Below the pieces are notes generated by a model. That model was not told the origin of the DNA and did no database searches. It worked only from the letters and a program-made list of their open reading frames with translations. Positions 9,598 through 19,085 of a stretch of DNA of 64,000 nt are shown here, piece after piece (the stretch's first letter is position 1; the number at the start of each line of letters is the position of its first letter). Position numbers and translations under genes: made by a program. Source of the DNA: Obrimoposthia wandeli (Eukaryota); contig CDROCS010002866.1 of assembly GCA_977020255.1 (NCBI GenBank), forward strand, positions 1 to 64,000, written 5' to 3'.

Positions 9598-10263
9598 TTA
9601 GATATTGTTATATGAGTCTCGCTTAGATATTCGTTTAATGACAAACCAAGCAAACCACATTATTACGGTAAGTGCTACCGCAGTAATGATAGCGGGTTTA
9701 GGGTTTTCTACGCTACTAATTGAACCTGAGTATGCTGCTATGACAGCATAAGGTACTGAGCTGATTGTCCACGCAAACAAAAACTTCACAAAGGGCATTT
9801 TAGTCAAGCCCGACAAACACGCTGTTATCTCTGGTAAAATAGGTATCGCTCTTGAAAAGATAATCATCAGCAAACCGTACTGCATGAACTGCTCTCTTAG
9901 TGCTAGCCTTTGCTGAGGATCTTTAACAATTAACTTTTCTAATTTTTCCCCGAAAATACGACTCAGTATATAACCGCAAATACCCGCTAACATCACGCCT
10001 ATTATTGAGGCTATTGCACCATACATATGACCAAGAAAATAACCGCTTAATATCATAACCGTCAAGGTCGGTACGGCAATAAAAAGATCAGCAAATAAAA
10101 GCACAATAATCAATGCAGCGAGCATTAAAGCATCGATACTTTTAGCCGCCGTTAGCCACCATTCAATTTTATCAACACTTATAACGCCCGTTAGTTTTGC
10201 CAATATAAAGGTTGATGCAAAGAAGGCTGCTAACACTAAAATTAATTTAATTAACGCTCTCAC
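9598..10263 (-). CDS. VTT/DedA (SNARE-associated) membrane protein
   Basis: ADLFIAVPT, SRAIPILPE, SGLTKMPF DedA-type motifs. Confidence 0.8.
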   Translation of the reverse strand: MRALIKLILVLAAFFASTFILAKLTGVISVDKIEWWLTAAKSIDALMLAALIIVLLFADLFIAVPTLTVMILSGYFLGHMYGAIASIIGVMLAGICGYILSRIFGEKLEKLIVKDPQQRLALREQFMQYGLLMIIFSRAIPILPEITACLSGLTKMPFVKFLFAWTISSVPYAVIAAYSGSISSVENPKPAIITAVALTVIMWFAWFVIKRISKRDSYNNI

Positions 10264-10274
10264 TATCTATCTCC

Positions 10275-10724
10275 TTATGGGTAAATCATATTGATGATTA
10301 TGGGATTATGACTGTCTTCAATCTTTAATTTGGCACGGTCATATTTTGGTGGGCCAAATCCTACTTTTGCACCATTTGAGAAACCTAAACCTTCCGCGGG
10401 CATTATTCCTGTCCAATTCTTAGTGACTTGGCCTGTTTCATCTTCATCATGAAGTATTTTGATGGCAAACTCGGCAGGTACAGAAGCAAAGCGAGTAATA
10501 ACTTTTTCATCGGTCACCGGTATGACGTTGATATCGATGGCTTTAGCGTGATTTTTCGGAAAACCCTCTCTTTCATATAGCATCACCATAATATTGCCCG
10601 GTAAGCGTTTATCAACATTTTCAACATGAATGACGATATCTTTAGCAACAACGGTATTGCTCATCAAACTGAGTACTCCAATAACGATCATTGATCTAAA
10701 TAAAGATTTGAAACTAAACGACAT
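10275..10724 (-). CDS. DUF2141 family exported protein
   Basis: Signal peptide; AIKILHDEDETG...PAEGLGFSN...GPP. Confidence 0.8.
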   Translation of the reverse strand: MSFSFKSLFRSMIVIGVLSLMSNTVVAKDIVIHVENVDKRLPGNIMVMLYEREGFPKNHAKAIDINVIPVTDEKVITRFASVPAEFAIKILHDEDETGQVTKNWTGIMPAEGLGFSNGAKVGFGPPKYDRAKLKIEDSHNPIIINMIYP

Positions 10725-10725
10725 G

Positions 10726-11457
10726 TTAACTATTCCTCATGATTTTTTTAGCTACACTTGGCAATAAACGATGAATAAAACGAAGCAATTTAACCTTGCC
10801 AATGTCATGGTCAATTATCGTATTTTCAATACCTTTAATGATCGCAGTACTCACCTTATCTACTGACATTTTTGAGTGACCTCTACCTTCGGTCATAGGC
10901 GTATCCACCAGAGGAAGAAATGCTTGTAGTACTTGCACCTGCGTATTGATAAGTTGATAGCGAAGACTTTGTGAAAAGCTATTTAATGCTCCCTTTGTCG
11001 CACAATAAATAGCGGATGTGGTTTTAGGTGCTATTGCTAAACCCGAATTAACATTGAGGATAACAGCACTATGCTGTTGATTTAAAAGTGGTAATAAAAA
11101 ATAGCACAAATAACATATGCTGGTAAAGTTGGTCGTGATTTCATCGGCGATTGACTTAACGGCAAAATCATTATCGATAACCATTGGCGTGTATTGCACC
11201 GCTGCATTATTGATTAATAAGTCTAGGCTGTGTATTTCATGATTAATATCATTGACTACGTCTTGTAGCGCAACAAGATTGCTAAAGTCAGCTTGATAAG
11301 CAACAACCTTTGGAAAGCTTCTTTGCAGCTCCTTAATTTTATGTTTATTTCTGGCAATGATATATATATCATTGTTTTGGTAAAGTTTTTCTACCAGTGC
11401 TAACCCAATACCAGAGGTTGCGCCCGTAATAAGAATTTTTTTATTTATTAATTTCAT
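10726..11457 (-). CDS. Short-chain dehydrogenase/reductase (DltE-like)
   Basis: TGATSGIG, NNAA, YCATK. Confidence 0.92.
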   Translation of the reverse strand: MKLINKKILITGATSGIGLALVEKLYQNNDIYIIARNKHKIKELQRSFPKVVAYQADFSNLVALQDVVNDINHEIHSLDLLINNAAVQYTPMVIDNDFAVKSIADEITTNFTSICYLCYFLLPLLNQQHSAVILNVNSGLAIAPKTTSAIYCATKGALNSFSQSLRYQLINTQVQVLQAFLPLVDTPMTEGRGHSKMSVDKVSTAIIKGIENTIIDHDIGKVKLLRFIHRLLPSVAKKIMRNS

Positions 11458-11516
11458 TTTTCCTAGCCTTATAAATTAATTACCCGCTATCTTAATTAAG
11501 CTAAAACGAGTAATCG

Positions 11517-11530
11517 TTAACCGAGGTTAA
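11517..11530. promoter_or_regulatory. Palindromic operator candidate for the adjacent Crp/Fnr regulator
   Basis: TTAACC-GA-GGTTAA dyad in the divergent spacer. Confidence 0.45.
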
Positions 11531-11534
11531 AAAA

Positions 11535-12050
11535 ATGAATTTAAATGATTTAATAACAGAGTTTGGTATCAGCGAAAACTATCAAAAGAAAGCGCATGTC
11601 TTTTTACAAGGCGACGAAGATCAATATTTATATGTGGTACACCAAGGAGTGCTTAAAGCGTATTACAACGATGTTGAAGGTAAAGAATTCATTAAATCTT
11701 TCTTGTTCTCTGGCGATAATATTGCGAGCACCCAAGCGTTAAACCGAGGTAAATGCAGTTTTAGTTTATTATGTTTAAAAGATACGACGCTAATTAAATT
11801 ACCTTACCAAAAAGTACGAGAAGCAGCGGCCAATAATCTTGAGTTGGCCAATGCTATTATTGAACTATTAATGTCTTTCGCGATGAAAAAAGAGCAACGA
11901 GAATACGAATTACTCTGCCTTAGTGCTGAACAAAGGTATAAAAATTTATTAAAGAAATCACCGAATATTTCTCAGCAAATAAACCAAAACAACATCGCCA
12001 GATACCTTGGTATAACGCCTGTTGCATTAAGCCGAATCAAACATAAATAA
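11535..12050 (+). CDS. Crp/Fnr family transcriptional regulator
   Basis: cNMP-binding domain and C-terminal IARYLGITPVALSRIK HTH. Confidence 0.88.
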   Translation: MNLNDLITEFGISENYQKKAHVFLQGDEDQYLYVVHQGVLKAYYNDVEGKEFIKSFLFSGDNIASTQALNRGKCSFSLLCLKDTTLIKLPYQKVREAAANNLELANAIIELLMSFAMKKEQREYELLCLSAEQRYKNLLKKSPNISQQINQNNIARYLGITPVALSRIKHK

Positions 12051-12187
12051 AAACTGCTTATGCAAATTTATAGGTAGTACCAACAAGATTTTGATTAGAA
12101 AGGTTTAATTAATGAGCAAGTGCACGATCTACCAAGCAGTATAGGTAAAATAATGATAGATAATTTCTGTGCCCTATAGCCGAGTAA

Positions 12188-12285
12188 ATTTAACGCCACG
12201 TTAAGCGGAAAATAAGTGCTGGCTAAAATGTGTGATACACGAACTCCCAGCTGTTGTTTTTCCGTTTGAGCGCCGCCTTATTAGC
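12188..12285 (-). repeat. attC site, ~100-bp host-type
   Basis: ATTTAAC-GCC...TTAAGCGG...GGCTAAAAT...CAGCTGTT. Confidence 0.8.
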
Positions 12286-12931
12286 TTTTTATAGATAATT
12301 TTTTTGCCAATTTCTTTTTCCACTCAGGAGCAAGCTCTTTCAATGCCAGAGCTTCAGAAAATAAGTTTTCGGCGCCAACATAATTGCTATCAAAATATGC
12401 CTGAAAAAGATTTTTAACAGATATACCATGGGGAGATCTTTTCTCAATTGTTACAACATCTCCAGTTTTTGCGATTCCAGTCTCTAACACCCGAAAATAT
12501 ACGCCTGTACAGTAATTTTTTGTAAAAAGTTTAACTGCACTTTTATTATTAAGCGCAATACCAAGCTTGAAACAGGGCACTCTTGGTTGACTCACTTCAA
12601 GTAGCGCTGTTCCGAAGCGATATTGATCGCCAATATTCACATTTTCTTCAGATAAATTTGATACGGTAAAATTTTCTCCGAACGCCCCATTCGATAAATT
12701 TCTATTCTTTAAAACATCCTTCCAATAGTCATAGTGATTAAATGAAAAAGCGTAGACTGCTTTATGCTCACCGCCGTGATTAACAAGGTCTGCTTGCTCA
12801 TCACCAATAATATTTAGCGTCTCAATCGTCACTTCATCACAAGTAGGAACCTTAAATATTCCAGTTTTAAGTTCTTTCCCGTTATATAAAACTATTTTTG
12901 ACTTGGAAATGTTGGTTGATATTATTTTCAT
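12281..12931 (-). CDS. MOSC domain protein (YiiM-like)
   Basis: HGGEHKAVY, GAFGEN, EVSQPRVPCFKL, TGVYFRVL. Confidence 0.88.
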   Translation of the reverse strand: MKIISTNISKSKIVLYNGKELKTGIFKVPTCDEVTIETLNIIGDEQADLVNHGGEHKAVYAFSFNHYDYWKDVLKNRNLSNGAFGENFTVSNLSEENVNIGDQYRFGTALLEVSQPRVPCFKLGIALNNKSAVKLFTKNYCTGVYFRVLETGIAKTGDVVTIEKRSPHGISVKNLFQAYFDSNYVGAENLFSEALALKELAPEWKKKLAKKLSIKS

Positions 12932-12951
12932 TCTTAAACCCAAATATGAAA

Positions 12952-13052
12952 AATTAGCACCCTATTAAGAGGCTTTAATTATTAGCTAAAATGTGCAGCG
13001 AAGTGGAACCTAGCCAGCGATTAATAGCCCTGCTTGAATGATTTTTTATAAG
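12952..13052 (-). repeat. attC site, ~100-bp host-type, cores mutated
   Basis: TTAAGAGG...AGCTAAAAT...GCGAAG...TAGCCAGC...CTTGAA. Confidence 0.7.
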
Positions 13053-13056
13053 CAAT

Positions 13057-13695
13057 TTACTGATAATCGGCTAGGCTCAATTTTTCTTTTTTACACACAT
13101 TAATAACGGCATCACGTTTAGCCAGCTTACAAAGATATCTAGATAAGTTATTAAACGATAAAGGTGGCTTCTTTAACTCATCTGCCCAAACAGCTAACAT
13201 AAACAAAAAATAATCACAGGCGCTAATAGTTTCACCTACCAGAAAATCTTTATTTTCAAGTTCACGATCAAGAAGGCTAAACATTGCTGTTATTCTGCCT
13301 TCTTGTGCTTCAATGATACCCTCAACATTTTTAACATCTGTTGTATGTCTTTGAGGATAGTAATAAATCATAAGTTCGGCTTGAACTGTATTGGTTAAAT
13401 ACATCATCCACTGTAAAAATAAAGCCCTGTTTTTATCTCCTATTTTCGGTATTAAATTCGAAGAAGGGTGAGCTTCCGCCAAATATACACAAATTGCAGG
13501 ACTTTCAAAAATAGCGAAACCATCATCGGTTAAAGTAGGGATTCGACCAGCAGGATTTAAAGCTAAATAATCTGAAAATTTCTGTGCATTACTTTTTCTA
13601 TCTACTGTGATTAATTCATAATCGACTTTTAGCTCTTCTAAAATAAGGTGAGGAGCCATACTGGCATTTAAAGGATAGTAATATAATTGATACAA
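13057..13695 (-). CDS. Glutathione S-transferase family protein
   Basis: NASMAPH, NPAGRIPTL, FESPAI. Confidence 0.92.
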   Translation of the reverse strand: MYQLYYYPLNASMAPHLILEELKVDYELITVDRKSNAQKFSDYLALNPAGRIPTLTDDGFAIFESPAICVYLAEAHPSSNLIPKIGDKNRALFLQWMMYLTNTVQAELMIYYYPQRHTTDVKNVEGIIEAQEGRITAMFSLLDRELENKDFLVGETISACDYFLFMLAVWADELKKPPLSFNNLSRYLCKLAKRDAVINVCKKEKLSLADYQ

Positions 13696-13715
13696 TGAGA
13701 GCTCCGTATGATGTT

Positions 13716-13808
13716 GTTTAATACACCCTAATAAAGGGCTAAATATTATTTACTAAAATGTTGGAGAACGAAAACAGCAAACTGTTTATAGTCCCTCTTA
13801 ATTAGCTG
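13716..13808 (-). repeat. attC site, host-type, truncated
   Basis: ACTAAAATG...GAACGAAAACAGCAAACTGTTTATAGTCC core; inverse core lost. Confidence 0.6.
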
Positions 13809-14239
13809 GTAGCGACACCTTCTGCCTTGGCTTTAAGGCTTGTCGCGAACAGCTCGAAAGACTCTGTTAGGTCAGGCATCGAACGAACGATGAGCGGCGA
13901 CATTAAACCGCTAAACTTCTCTTTCATGCTAAATTCTACATGCCCGCTGTTTACGTCTGTCAATGTAAACGTCCGAACCCCCTTAAAAAGACCGAGTGGC
14001 ATCCCACCACACCAGACCATCTTCTTACTTGGCACAAACTCTTGAACCTTTACCGCAAAGGCACGCTCAGGGCTTATTTTTGCGTATACTGTAATCTTTT
14101 CGCCTAAGGCAATGCTGCCTTCAACCTTTTCAACACTCTTGTTCCAGTCGTGATAAGTCGAGCTATCTATGAGTATTGCCCAGATAGTATCAGCATCTGC
14201 ATTGATTTGTGTGGTGGTACTGTAGGTTTTCACAAGCAC
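13802..14239 (-). CDS. SRPBCC/polyketide cyclase family protein
   Basis: IWAIL...YHDWN...WCGGMPLGLFKGVRTF. Confidence 0.85.
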   Translation of the reverse strand: MLVKTYSTTTQINADADTIWAILIDSSTYHDWNKSVEKVEGSIALGEKITVYAKISPERAFAVKVQEFVPSKKMVWCGGMPLGLFKGVRTFTLTDVNSGHVEFSMKEKFSGLMSPLIVRSMPDLTESFELFATSLKAKAEGVATS

Positions 14240-14254
14240 TCCTTTATTTCATGA

Positions 14255-14370
14255 TAGCTAAGCGGTGGCGAAGCACCGTTTTAAGCGCAAAATTATAGGT
14301 CTCTACAACAGTGAGGCACGAGCAAAAAGCACACTGTAATTTGTCCAACTTGAAAATCCTTGTATGGTTG
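14255..14370 (-). repeat. attC-like site (degenerate)
   Basis: TTAAGCG...GAGGCACGAG...CTGTAATTTGTCC...CCTTGTATGG. Confidence 0.6.
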
Positions 14371-14429
14371 CTCTTGTCTGACATCCAATTTCTAATGCCC
14401 TTTAACAACGGGTAGGTTTATCTAAATTT

Positions 14430-14485
14430 CAAACTGTCAAACTGTCAAACTGTCAAACTGTCAAACTGTCAAATTATCAAACTAT
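14430..14485. repeat. 8-bp tandem repeat (CAAACTGT)x5 plus 2 degenerate units
   Basis: Read directly from sequence. Confidence 0.95.
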
Positions 14486-14573
14486 CAGTAATATTTGAGC
14501 CACACAAAAACTCATACACTTATATTTAGGTACCCTATTACTTGGTTTTGTAACTGGTTTCCGCTGACATCGG

Positions 14574-15692
14574 TTAAACCTTTATTTCTTGCTGCGTTGC
14601 ACAATGAATCGTACCGCCTCCAGATGCGATCCCATCAACGGCTATTTGTTCTACTACCCGCTCTGGAAAAGCATTTTCTAATACTGCTTTCGCTTTCGCA
14701 TCGGCTACGGGGTCACCAAATTTTTGTACGATAATGGCATTGTTGCACATGTAATAGCCTATATAGCCTGCTGCAAAGCTACTGCTACCAAATTCTTCGT
14801 TAATCTGGTCTGGCGTATCAAGAATAATGACGTTTAATTTGTTGCCTTGTGCATCTTTACTCTTTTTTAATACATCAATGTTATCCCTTGTTAACTCATA
14901 ATCGAATGAGTCAGGGTAATTGTCTCTGCTGACAATCACCTCACCAGGCTTTGTAAATCTTGCATAAAAATCGGTATGGGCATCGGTTATATCTTTACCT
15001 TTAATGCCATCCAGCCAGATTATTTTTTTTAATCCAAGTAAGCTCTTTAACTCTGCTTCAATAACCCTTTGGCTTATTTCTGGATTACGGTTGCTGTTAA
15101 TAATGCAGCTCTTAGTCATAATAGCGGTGCCGGCACCATCTACTTCAAAACAACCGCCTTCAAGGGTTAATGTGGATTTTTTAATGATAGAGTTGGTGTG
15201 ATTAGCTATAAAAGCGGCAACTTGAGCATCTAAGCTATGCTCTTGTTTATCTCCCCAGCCGTTAAAATTAAAATCGATAGCATATTTCTTACCATACTTG
15301 CTTTTAACAAAGATTGGTCCAGTATCTCTGAGCCATAAATCATCCGTCGCAAATTCAATAAGATCAATCGGGAAACGATTAGTGCCAGCATTACCTAATA
15401 ATAAAATGGCTTCATTGTAATCATTAGGTGATACCAGCATCGACACGGGCTCGTATTTGGCGATGGTTTTAGCGATCAACACTAAGTTTTTCTTCACCTC
15501 AGGAATCTGTTGTGCTGACCATATGTAATCACTTGCCACAAAAGACATCCATGTTCTTGTATGCTGACCGCTTTCTTCGGGCATCGACAGCATAAACGAT
15601 GAAGGCTGCAGCTCTGCTAATACATGGTTATTCAATATTAAACCGCTTGAAAGCAAAAAAGCGCTTTTTGTGAACTGTCGTCGAGTAATCAT
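14574..15692 (-). CDS. Agmatine deiminase (peptidylarginine deiminase) family protein with Tat signal
   Basis: TRRQFTK twin-Arg; DLWLRDTGP, EGG, DAHTD, GGGTIHCATQQ catalytic Cys. Confidence 0.92.
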   Translation of the reverse strand: MITRRQFTKSAFLLSSGLILNNHVLAELQPSSFMLSMPEESGQHTRTWMSFVASDYIWSAQQIPEVKKNLVLIAKTIAKYEPVSMLVSPNDYNEAILLLGNAGTNRFPIDLIEFATDDLWLRDTGPIFVKSKYGKKYAIDFNFNGWGDKQEHSLDAQVAAFIANHTNSIIKKSTLTLEGGCFEVDGAGTAIMTKSCIINSNRNPEISQRVIEAELKSLLGLKKIIWLDGIKGKDITDAHTDFYARFTKPGEVIVSRDNYPDSFDYELTRDNIDVLKKSKDAQGNKLNVIILDTPDQINEEFGSSSFAAGYIGYYMCNNAIIVQKFGDPVADAKAKAVLENAFPERVVEQIAVDGIASGGGTIHCATQQEIKV

Positions 15693-15744
15693 TTAAATAC
15701 CTGTGAATCAATGCAATACCAAATAGATGGATGTCCATTTTTTT

Positions 15745-15803
15745 TACTTTATGAAGCGAAGCCTAACCAACTGTTTAAGTTTCGTTTTGAACCTGTTTGT
15801 TAG
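15745..15803 (-). repeat. Partial attC site (inverse-core half only)
   Basis: AAGCGAAGCCTAACCAACTGTTT...TTTGTTAGAC. Confidence 0.55.
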
Positions 15804-16459
15804 ACTAACTGATTCAAAATTCTAGCCGCCCTAATGAATTCAATAAAAGGAACTGCAATTACTTTTTTATAACTAGGCCTATTAAGCAACTTAGCATACC
15901 ATTCATTAACTCTTGCTGGTTTAGTCACTTCAAATCCCATATTGAAATATCGGTAAAAGCACGTTCCGGCACATATATCCCCAAGCCCGAATTTTTCCCC
16001 TGATACATATTCGTTTTCTACTAAATGAGAGTTCAATAAATTTATATACTGCTCACACTTCTTGAGGCTATGTTCAATTTTTTGTAAGTCTCTTTTATCT
16101 ATGGGCGTTCGATAATATCCCCAGAACAAACTAATGAAGGTTGGTTGTAATGTAGAAAGCTCCCAGTCCATCCAGCGTTCAAATTCACTCCGGTTTACAG
16201 GTGAGTCATCCCAATATTCCTTTGGGCTATAAACGGCTGCCAGATAACGCAGAATCGAATTTGATTCCCAAATAACATTCGACCCGTCTCTAATTACAGG
16301 AATACGCCCGTTTGGATTCATTTTCAGAAACGCTTGTGTATCTAAGCCACCCGCTGCACCACCAACATTGATATGTTGATATTCGACACCTAGCTCTTCG
16401 AGAAACCAATGTACCTTTTGAAAGTTATAAGCACTTAATCTTCCCCATACTGTTAACAT
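15800..16459 (-). CDS. Glutathione S-transferase family protein
   Basis: WGRLSAYNFQKV, NPNGRIPVI, WESNSI (GstB-like). Confidence 0.92.
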   Translation of the reverse strand: MLTVWGRLSAYNFQKVHWFLEELGVEYQHINVGGAAGGLDTQAFLKMNPNGRIPVIRDGSNVIWESNSILRYLAAVYSPKEYWDDSPVNRSEFERWMDWELSTLQPTFISLFWGYYRTPIDKRDLQKIEHSLKKCEQYINLLNSHLVENEYVSGEKFGLGDICAGTCFYRYFNMGFEVTKPARVNEWYAKLLNRPSYKKVIAVPFIEFIRAARILNQLV

Positions 16460-16484
16460 TAATAATTCTCCGAATCGATTGTGC

Positions 16485-16557
16485 GCCTAACGCCTCAAAC
16501 AGGGGTATGCTCTAGCGCGCCCCTGTTTGAGGTCCTTGCTGATTTGATTTGTTATAT
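16485..16557 (-). repeat. attC site, short (73 bp) canonical type
   Basis: Minus strand ATATAAC-AAATCAAATCAGCAAGGACCTCAAACAGGGG...CCCCTGTTTGAGGC-GTTAGGC. Confidence 0.9.
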
Positions 16558-16961
16558 GGCAACCATTTGAAAAACACCCAAGCCAGAAAGGGTATAAAAA
16601 CAAGAAACTTAACGATGTCCATAATCATGATAAAAACTTGGCTAGTAGTTGAAGGTGGTCCATTTAAAAAAGACCATAAAACATCTATTACTGGTAACGC
16701 AGTAATTAACAAGGCAAAAAATAGAAGGTTCTTTTTGAAGACTAACGGAATTATTAGCGCAACAGGCAAAGCCGCCAATAATACACTCAAAGTATGTGTT
16801 CCTATTAGGTATGCATATGCTGACGCCATTTCAGATACGCCGAACGATTGTACAAATATATTTACGGGTAATTTAAATGTTAGCGATTGAGCCAATATAA
16901 ACCCGTAAAGATATGTAACGGCTAAGACGGCGGCGACTCCAAATTTCAAATATTTCGACAT
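16512..16961 (-). CDS. Hypothetical multi-pass membrane protein
   Basis: Four hydrophobic segments; C-terminus reads into the attC. Confidence 0.65.
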   Translation of the reverse strand: MSKYLKFGVAAVLAVTYLYGFILAQSLTFKLPVNIFVQSFGVSEMASAYAYLIGTHTLSVLLAALPVALIIPLVFKKNLLFFALLITALPVIDVLWSFLNGPPSTTSQVFIMIMDIVKFLVFIPFLAWVFFKWLPYNKSNQQGPQTGAR

Positions 16962-16979
16962 TTCCTAATCCTTGTAAAA

Positions 16980-17037
16980 TGTATAAAGCCCCACACACGG
17001 ACACCGTTTTTCGCGTCCTTGTGCTATGACTTATTAG
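16980..17037 (-). repeat. Short attC-like site (degenerate)
   Basis: GCCCCACACACGGAC...GTCCTTGTGCTATGAC dyad between cassettes. Confidence 0.55.
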
Positions 17038-17887
17038 CTGTATTCATGCTTACAACACTCATTTTCAACCATAGCCTGATCATTTGTATTTCCAAAAACA
17101 GCAACAGTTATGGGCTCAGCGTTAGTAAAGTGATATATAGCAATAGTACTTTCTGGCCCATACCCAGTATGCCCATAACTTTCTGCATTATCTTCCATCA
17201 TTAAACCAAGACCGTAAGCCGGGTTTCGCCATGGGCGATTACCTACATCAACATTGAGTTTATAGGGAGATAGCATTGCGGACAGTGTATCGGTTTTTAT
17301 GATTTCACTAGGAGACAACAAATGCAAGAACTTCACTGCTGAAGCAGTTGTACCAGCGATTAGACCGTGATAACACCATCCTGGATCGTAATCGGGGGGG
17401 GTGATTGTGAAAGCTCACTAAACTCCCCTGAAGTTGTGATGACTTTTATGTCGTTAAGATTCAGCGGACTAAATAAAGTAGTGTTTAAAACTGAAGCTAG
17501 GTCATTATTCCCAAGGCGTTCCAATTCGTTTTTTAAATAGAGGTAGCCTATATTAGAGTAACTCCACCCCTGATCAGGCTCAAACATTAATTCATCTACA
17601 TCAAGACGCTTAAACAGCTCTCCGACTGACCAAGGCTTATCTTTTCTGTCGACAGCTTGGTGGTATTCAGGCAATGAACCGTAATCTTTTAATCCAGACT
17701 TATGCTGAAGTAGCTGTCTATAACTAAACCTTTTCCCCTCAAGGCAGTCATCCAAATTAACTTTTCCTTGTTCATGAAATTTTAGTATGGCACACGCCAT
17801 AACCGTTTTTGTATAACTCCACCAAGGAACAATCGTGTCATTTTTATCAATAATAATTTCAGACTTAGTCATTATGCTCTTAATCAC
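17034..17887 (-). pseudogene. Serine hydrolase (beta-lactamase family), frameshifted at a G8 tract
   Basis: SYTK (SxxK), LLQHKSG, YSN; after C8 (17394-17401) the alternate frame continues DYDPGWCYHGL...YGHTG. Confidence 0.85.
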
Positions 17888-17929
17888 TTAATGAAAACCT
17901 CTTCAACATATTCGTAGCAAAAATCACAC

Positions 17930-18028
17930 AGCTAACGCCCGCTTAAGTGGGAAAAAATTATCGGTTATAATGTCGAGCGAAGTAAAATATAACTAACTGT
18001 TTTTATTTATTTTAAAGCACTTTTATGG
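17930..18028 (-). repeat. attC site, ~100-bp host-type
   Basis: AGCTAAC-GCCCGCTTAAG...GGTTATAATG..GAGCGAAG...AACTGTT; closely resembles the 4243-4343 copy. Confidence 0.85.
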
Positions 18029-18559
18029 CGTTATTTTTAACATTGGCCACTGAATTAACCACTCTTTTGATTCTACCCGATGTTCAAAGATATCTCGATT
18101 TCGTTTTGGATTGAACGTGAGTTGTAAATCAAATAATGACTCAAAACCGAAAGCAGATATACACTCATAATTGCCGAAGGCTGATTTGCGAATAGCGACG
18201 GCTGTTTCTTTTTCAGGCCAATAACTCATAGCATCAACGCTGCCTTGGTAGGGTTTATCACCATTTCTAATGTGCATTTTTGCTTGATTACGGACTTGCC
18301 ATTCAACTTGAGGCATGCGCAAAGAGAGTTCAGCTTCATATTTGAGGAAAGCCTTATCATCCACTTCATCGGGGGCGTAATAAATAACATCAATATCATT
18401 CAGGGGTGATGGAAATAACTTTTGGTGTAAATGATCCCACACCATATTTCGAACAAAACCAGCAGCCAAGTAGCATTGAGGTAAGTTCAAGTATTGTATA
18501 CATTCAAGCGCTTCTATTCTTAATTCGTCTCGCTCAACTAATTGGATAAGTTCTAACAT
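18023..18559 (-). CDS. Nucleotidyltransferase family protein (DUF925)
   Basis: LAAGFVRNMVWD, DIDVIY, WQVRNQAKMH, WPEKETAV. Confidence 0.85.
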   Translation of the reverse strand: MLELIQLVERDELRIEALECIQYLNLPQCYLAAGFVRNMVWDHLHQKLFPSPLNDIDVIYYAPDEVDDKAFLKYEAELSLRMPQVEWQVRNQAKMHIRNGDKPYQGSVDAMSYWPEKETAVAIRKSAFGNYECISAFGFESLFDLQLTFNPKRNRDIFEHRVESKEWLIQWPMLKITP

Positions 18560-18588
18560 TTAACATTTAACATTTAACATTTAACATT
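18554..18588. repeat. 7-bp tandem repeat (TAACATT)x5 overlapping a start codon
   Basis: Read directly; minus strand (TTAAATG)n ends in the ATG at 18559. Confidence 0.95.
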
Positions 18589-18598
18589 TAACTTAGCA

Positions 18599-18700
18599 CC
18601 ATAACGCCGTTTTAAGAGGCAAATTGCTGTTGGCTAAAATTTCGAAGCGAAGCAAAATATAGCCAACTATTACGTGTTCTTGTTTATTTTCTTGCTAGGC
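18599..18700 (-). repeat. attC site, ~100-bp host-type
   Basis: CCATAAC-GCC...TTAAGAGG...TTGGCTAAAAT...AGCCAAC...CTTGCTAGGC. Confidence 0.85.
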
Positions 18701-19069
18701 TACGATACTTGCGTGCCCAGCTAAAACTTGCCATTTACTATCAAGCTTTTCCCACACCCTAGTGAAACGAAAATTGCCACTTGTAGCCTCTCCTTTGTAG
18801 CTACCAACAATTTGTGCATGTGCAGATACAATTACGACATCACCTGACGATTTAATTATTTGTTCGCTTAAAGATAAGGTACTAATTTTAAAGTCGCCTT
18901 TTTTGTGAGCCTTTAAATCATCATTTTTTGAAAGGATCTGGCCCATGTGATTAGTAAATATCAACTCATCTGAAAGGAGCTGGTTAAGAGCATCAACATC
19001 AGATGAGATCATTGCTAATTTCAAGTTTTCCTCGGCGTCCGTTATTTCCTTTTTTAATACACAATCCAC
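18695..19069 (-). CDS. NTF2-like/DUF4440 protein
   Basis: SDVDALNQLLSDEL...FRFTRVW. Confidence 0.85.
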   Translation of the reverse strand: MDCVLKKEITDAEENLKLAMISSDVDALNQLLSDELIFTNHMGQILSKNDDLKAHKKGDFKISTLSLSEQIIKSSGDVVIVSAHAQIVGSYKGEATSGNFRFTRVWEKLDSKWQVLAGHASIVA

Positions 19070-19085
19070 AGTTATCTCCCTAATA

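Noticed and set aside
18554-18590. ATGTTAAAT as the XerD arm of a dif site
   Set aside because: It arises from the heptamer repeat. No XerC arm lies at the 6-bp spacing.
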